Assembly: GCF_019683635.1 (NCBI RefSeq)
Contig: NZ_JADGIA010000003.1
Span: 19,323-83,322, forward strand
Origin: Thermogemmatispora sp.
GTDB taxonomy: Bacteria; Chloroflexota; Ktedonobacteria; Ktedonobacterales; Ktedonobacteraceae
Direction: 5' to 3'
DNA length: 64,000 nt
Part shown: one piece after another, positions 59,673-64,000 of the stretch
Position numbering within the stretch: position 1 is the stretch's first letter
How the letters are laid out: each line of letters begins with the position of its first letter
The notes under the pieces: generated by a model
What the model saw: only the letters and a program-made list of their open reading frames with translations
What the model was told of the DNA's origin: nothing
Database searches by the model: none
Made by a program: the position numbers and the translations under genes

Positions 59673-60224
59673 GCGCTGGGGAGCGGTGGCTCTGGGCTTC
59701 TGCGCCCCGGTTGATCCTTTTCCCATGCAGCGCCCGCCATTCCTCCCCAAACTGCTGAGCTGATCTCTTTCCATTCGCTTGCTCTGGGGAAGATGTCTGC
59801 CCATGTCTCCCCGGCTGATCCCTGCTGGGAGGCTGCGCTGACCAGCGATCGAGGCACGCTTGCTTGTGGATGAAGAGCAGCTTAAGCTCAACCGTAGTGA
59901 TACTGTAACGATGGTGTTCGATTACTCGTTCAGATGAGGAGGCAGGCCAATGATGCGGCTCCCCTTAGTCATCATCCGGGAGCTGGATGCATTTCTGGTT
60001 CAGCGTCGGCTCTGAGTTCCCTCTTCCGAGGGGAGAGAGCCAGTTGGCTGGGCTGCGACAGCAGTCGCCTTGTGGTTCCGTTGACCTGCTACCGTATAAT
60101 ATCACCTGTGCTCAAAACGGCACTTGAATTGATTGCAGCGAGTCGCTAACCTGGCAGTCTGGGCCGAGTAGGAGTGAAGACTCGCAGATTTCATACTTTT
60201 GACGTCTACAGGAGGAGTAGCCCG

Positions 60225-60686
60225 ATGCTTGTGCATTTAATGCTGGAGTTGTACGGCTGCAAACGGGAACTCTTGATCAGTGAGCCGCTGCTCAGGCGCG
60301 TGCTGGACGAATTCCCGGCTCGGGTGGGGATGGAGAAGGTCAGTCCGGTGCACCTCTACGACATCGAGACGCCGAATCCGCTCGACTCCGGCATGTCCGG
60401 CTTTGTGATCATTGCCCAGAGCCATATTAGCCTGCACGCCTGGCCCGAGTACGGCGAGGTTGATATAGATATCTGCTCCTGCAAGGAATTCAGCCAGGAA
60501 GACGCCATTGCCTATGCCAAAGAGATGTTCCAGACGGAGGATGTCGAGGCCCATTTTGTAGTCCGTGCCACGCGCTCACTGCGCCCGGACACGCCTGATC
60601 CGGTGCGCTATGCCGAAGCAATGGCGGCCCGTCGTGCCAGGCAGGCGGCCCTGGGCGAATCCAGGTTGACGACGGAGGTGTCCTAA
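60225..60686 (+). CDS. speD: S-adenosylmethionine decarboxylase proenzyme (pyruvoyl, class 1b fold)
   Basis: HLMLELYGC, SGFVIIAQSHISLHAWPE, DIDICSCKEF. RBS GGAGGA before ATG 60225. Confidence 0.8.
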   Translation: MLVHLMLELYGCKRELLISEPLLRRVLDEFPARVGMEKVSPVHLYDIETPNPLDSGMSGFVIIAQSHISLHAWPEYGEVDIDICSCKEFSQEDAIAYAKEMFQTEDVEAHFVVRATRSLRPDTPDPVRYAEAMAARRARQAALGESRLTTEVS

Positions 60687-60760
60687 AGGCAAGGACAAGA
60701 GGCCGGGGAGTGGCGCCACGGCCCTTCATCATCAGTGTCGTCCGGGTATCCATCCCGGCT

Positions 60761-60799
60761 GAGGAGCTATCTGCGACAAGTGGATAGCTCCTCATTTTG
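60761..60799 (+). terminator. Hairpin terminator after speD
   Basis: GAGGAGCTATC...GATAGCTCCTC 11-bp stem followed by ATTTTG. Confidence 0.6.
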
Positions 60800-60950
60800 T
60801 CTCATAGGTCCTGGCTTGTGGAGCTGAGGGAGCGGCTTTATCCGGCCAGGAACGCTCGGCTTGTCTCCAGGCCAGTTCGTCTGTTATCCTGAGAAAGTGC
60901 GCGGTCCCAATTGGGGGCTGCCTTCATCTTGCAAGCGGGAGGAAGCAGCA

Positions 60951-61769
60951 ATGGACCCATCCAGCGCTGGAGCGCCAGTGATGCGCCTGAGCTATGGCCC
61001 TTTGCCCCTGCACTTTGGCGAACTGCGCCTGCCGTCTGCTCCAGGACCTCATGCCGTGGCGGTGCTGATTCATGGCGGCTTCTGGCGCAATCCTTATGAT
61101 CTCTCTCTCATGCACGGGCTGGCCGAGGATCTGACGGCCCACGGTCTGGCCACCTGGAACATCGAGTACCGCCGCCTGGGCGACGACGGAGGAGGCTGGC
61201 CTGGCACGCTGCAGGACGTCGCCCAGGCCGTTGATGCCCTGCGGCAGGTGGCGGGGAGCTATCATCTTGACCTCGAACGGCTCGTCTCTGTTGGTCATTC
61301 CGCGGGAGGGCATCTTGCTCTCTGGCTGGCGGCGCGGCCTCTGCTCCTGCAGCGGGCGAGCGGTCCTGAAAGAGAGCTGTTTGCCAGTGAGGGAGCCTTG
61401 CCCTTGCGGGGCGCAGTTAGTCTGGCGGGGGTAATCGATCTAGAGGCCGGCTGGCGGCGCCATCTGGGACGTGACGCCGTGGCTGAGTTGCTGGGAGGCG
61501 GCCCCGATGAAGTGCCGGAGCGCTATCACCTGGCCTCGCCGGCGGCTCTGCTTCCGCTCGGCGTCCCCCAGATCTTGATTCATGGAACGGCAGATGATCG
61601 TGTACCTGTAGAGATCAGCCGCGATTATGCAGCTCGCGCCCGTGCTGTGGGTGATCAGACCACGCTTGTCGAGCTGCCCGGCGTCGATCACTTTGCCCTC
61701 ATCGATCCCCATTCATCGGCCTGGCAAACAACCCGCGACCTGGTGCTCTCCCTCTCTCGCCGGAGCTGA
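60951..61769 (+). CDS. Alpha/beta hydrolase (HSL-type esterase/lipase)
   Basis: HGGFW oxyanion motif, GHSAGG nucleophile, HGTADD, DHF. RBS GGAGG. Confidence 0.88.
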   Translation: MDPSSAGAPVMRLSYGPLPLHFGELRLPSAPGPHAVAVLIHGGFWRNPYDLSLMHGLAEDLTAHGLATWNIEYRRLGDDGGGWPGTLQDVAQAVDALRQVAGSYHLDLERLVSVGHSAGGHLALWLAARPLLLQRASGPERELFASEGALPLRGAVSLAGVIDLEAGWRRHLGRDAVAELLGGGPDEVPERYHLASPAALLPLGVPQILIHGTADDRVPVEISRDYAARARAVGDQTTLVELPGVDHFALIDPHSSAWQTTRDLVLSLSRRS

Positions 61770-61913
61770 CACGAGGACGGTGGGCGAACGGGCGCGATCG
61801 GGATGGGGAGCGCGGCGGCGGTGGTAAAATCTCGGGGACAAACGACCAGCATCGACGCCGGGCACCCTCTCGTCGCGGCGCTCTCCTGGCTCAGCCTGCT
61901 CGCTCCAACTCAA

Positions 61914-62672
61914 CTAAGAGGACGTGCGTTTCGCCCACAGGCCAGTTTGGGAGACAAAGACATCGTAGCTACCATCAGCTGGATTGAAAACGGCATTGCC
62001 GTAAGAGGCCTCCACGAAATTTGAGAGCCAGCTGCCCTGCTGATTGCGCATCGTCTGGAAGAAGTTATCATCGCCCCCGTTCAGAACCACGACCGTGTGC
62101 TTGGCATTCGCCTCCAGGTTGGGATCGTCGAAACGCCCCTCCAGGCGCGTCAGCTTGTAACCCGAATGAAGGCCCAGGACATTCAGCCAGGCCGGGTACT
62201 TAACGATGTCGCCCTGGAGCATCCACTCATCGCCGGCCACAATGTAGAAGTTATCCGAAAGCTGGCTGCCATCCTGGCCATAGAGAATCAGCTCGACATT
62301 CATGGTGTGGGGCATATTAGCAACAGGATGAGCCCGAACCTGGGCCACCTTGATGTCGCCGGTCAGTCCAATATAAGTCTGCATCAGCGAAGTCAGCCAA
62401 AGCAGCAAGATTGCGAACAACAATAGAACCAGTCCCCCAAGACCGTGGCCCACGCGATAGCGCCGCCGATAGCGAAAAAAGCGTCGGTGAGGATGGTCAT
62501 ACCAGCCGTGCTCCCAGGCTTCTTTCTCGCTGCGATAGGGATGCTTTTGACGGTAGTAGACCTTCTCGCCACGGACCACGCCGTGGATGGCGTAGATAAG
62601 CAGGGCCAGGCCAAGGAGTGCGATGGCGAAAAGCAAAAGCTGCTGCCAGCCGAAGACAAAAGGTGTATTCAT
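61914..62672 (-). CDS. Hypothetical membrane protein (2 TM + soluble domain)
   Basis: Two hydrophobic helices flanking a His/Arg-rich loop; C-domain GDEWMLQGDIVKY...LGLHSGYKLTRLEGRF. Confidence 0.75.
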   Translation of the reverse strand: MNTPFVFGWQQLLLFAIALLGLALLIYAIHGVVRGEKVYYRQKHPYRSEKEAWEHGWYDHPHRRFFRYRRRYRVGHGLGGLVLLLFAILLLWLTSLMQTYIGLTGDIKVAQVRAHPVANMPHTMNVELILYGQDGSQLSDNFYIVAGDEWMLQGDIVKYPAWLNVLGLHSGYKLTRLEGRFDDPNLEANAKHTVVVLNGGDDNFFQTMRNQQGSWLSNFVEASYGNAVFNPADGSYDVFVSQTGLWAKRTSS

Positions 62673-63062
62673 CGGGCCTTCCTTATCGTTTCTGCTCCCC
62701 GGTATTGCGGGAAGGTTGCTTCCCTTCAGCCATTGGAAAACGCTTCTCTAACAGAAAACACGTCCTGCCGGGGGTTGTGGTTCTCTTCGAGAAGAATCTT
62801 ACCGGGCGCGGTCGGGGGGGTCAAGTGACAGCAGATCGAGAAAAAGGACGGCGAGGAAGAGCGGGCCAGGCGATCGAGAAGAGAGTTGTCGGTGCCAGGC
62901 CGAAGGGCGGGACTGATTCCGCAGGAGGAGGGTGTAAGCTGGTCCGGTCGGCGCCGCCTGCGGGCAAGAGGTTGCTGCAAGAGAGCCGAGATGACAGCAA
63001 GCGCCGACACAGACCAGACAGGATAAGAGGAACACAATAGGCACGAGCGAGTAAGCGGCTAG

Positions 63063-64000
63063 CTAGATCTCTGGGAGCAGCGCAGAGGGATGGCGCTGCA
63101 GGGCGCCGCAAGACTCGCGGATCACAAGGCTGGTGGGCAGAACAATGCGCGGCGCCTCACGCGGCGACTCCTCGGCTGTAGCAGGTAGGGTCTGCCGTCG
63201 GCGTCGCGGCATTTGCTCCTGCTCGATCATCTCCAAGAGCAGTTTGATGGCCTGCTCGCCCATCGCGTGTACTGGCTGACGCACTGTCGTCAGGGCGGGC
63301 CGCACATGGGCCGAAGCTGGATTGTCGTCGAAGCCGACCAGGGCCAGATCTTGGGGGATACGCAGACCGAGCGTTTCGGCAGCGGCGATCACGCCATAGG
63401 CCATGTAGTCACTGGCGGCAAAGATCGCTGTGGGCCGCTCGCTGGCGGGGCGCGAAAGGAGAGCAAGGGCACAGCGCTGACCGCCCGCGGGCATAAAATC
63501 GCCCTCCAGAACAAGTGAGGGGTCAACTTCCAGGCCCGCCTCCTGGAGCGCGTCACAGTAGCCCTGATAGCGCTCGTGGGAAACGCAGTATTTGAGCGGC
63601 CCCTGGATGTGAGCGATGCGCCGATGACCCAGCTCGATCAGGTGGCGCGTGGCTTCGTAGGCACCGCGCCGATTGTCGGCCCCAATCCAGGGAATGCCCT
63701 CCGGCGGCGGACTCTGGTCATCAATAAGCACAACCGGAAAGCCCTGGCGACGCAGCCGTGTCAGGTGCTGGCTGGATTGGCCCGGGAAGACGGCCAGCAG
63801 CCCGGCGGTCAGCCGCGTGGCGAGAATACGGTCGATGATCTTGCCACAGTCTCGCTCGTGGTTGGAGCTGCTGATGCTGTAGAGCACCATCTCATAAGAG
63901 GTGCTCTCGACAACAGACGCCACACTCAACAGCAGTTCGGGGATCAATGGCCAGGTCAGAGCTGGCACCAGTACGCTGATCAGGGGATTGCGCCCAGCGG
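63063..64000 (-). CDS. LacI-family transcriptional regulator (sensor domain; HTH lies beyond the window)
   Basis: IGADNRRGAYEATRHLIELGHRRIAHIQGP, PTAIFAASD, DLALVGFDD, LTTVRQP. The frame is open to base 64000. Confidence 0.92.
   Translation of the reverse strand, partial: AGRNPLISVLVPALTWPLIPELLLSVASVVESTSYEMVLYSISSSNHERDCGKIIDRILATRLTAGLLAVFPGQSSQHLTRLRRQGFPVVLIDDQSPPPEGIPWIGADNRRGAYEATRHLIELGHRRIAHIQGPLKYCVSHERYQGYCDALQEAGLEVDPSLVLEGDFMPAGGQRCALALLSRPASERPTAIFAASDYMAYGVIAAAETLGLRIPQDLALVGFDDNPASAHVRPALTTVRQPVHAMGEQAIKLLLEMIEQEQMPRRRRQTLPATAEESPREAPRIVLPTSLVIRESCGALQRHPSALLPEI

Noticed and set aside
60107-60224. SAM-sensing leader before speD (GCGAGTC/GACTCGC stem)
   Set aside because: Only one 7-bp stem and no known riboswitch consensus; compatible with chance in GC-rich DNA.
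1-64000. CRISPR array, prophage or insertion sequence
   Set aside because: No regularly spaced repeats, cas, phage structural, integrase or transposase motifs were found in any ORF.

Overview
A ~60% GC bacterial chromosome segment. The gene styles suggest a Ktedonobacteria/Thermogemmatispora-like Chloroflexota; this is inference, not a database result. It is mostly housekeeping and metabolic: ureohydrolase, multicopper oxidase, GH15 glucoamylase, pckA, murD, zwf, class I aldolase, uvrB, speD, several MFS/APC transporters and two identical tRNA-Glu(CTC) genes. No CRISPR array, prophage or transposase was seen. The most unusual elements: (1) a ~1,510-aa one-piece membrane receptor (Ser/Thr kinase - degenerate TIR - nSTAND-type NTPase - TM - extracellular beta-helix); (2) a kdp locus with a kinase-less KdpD, a canonical KdpE, an atypical receiver, a USP-like protein, an extra micro-peptide before kdpF and phased direct repeats at its promoter; (3) a four-gene ABC system with two ~1,000-aa paralogous FtsX/MacB-type permeases; (4) an in-frame chimera of a pentapeptide-protein-type N-terminus and half an MFS transporter; (5) a candidate multi-stem structured RNA upstream of a MetE-like gene; (6) enzyme variants at key motifs (DRH ureohydrolase, QS-site SpeD). 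All domain calls come from motif recognition by eye; no searches were run.
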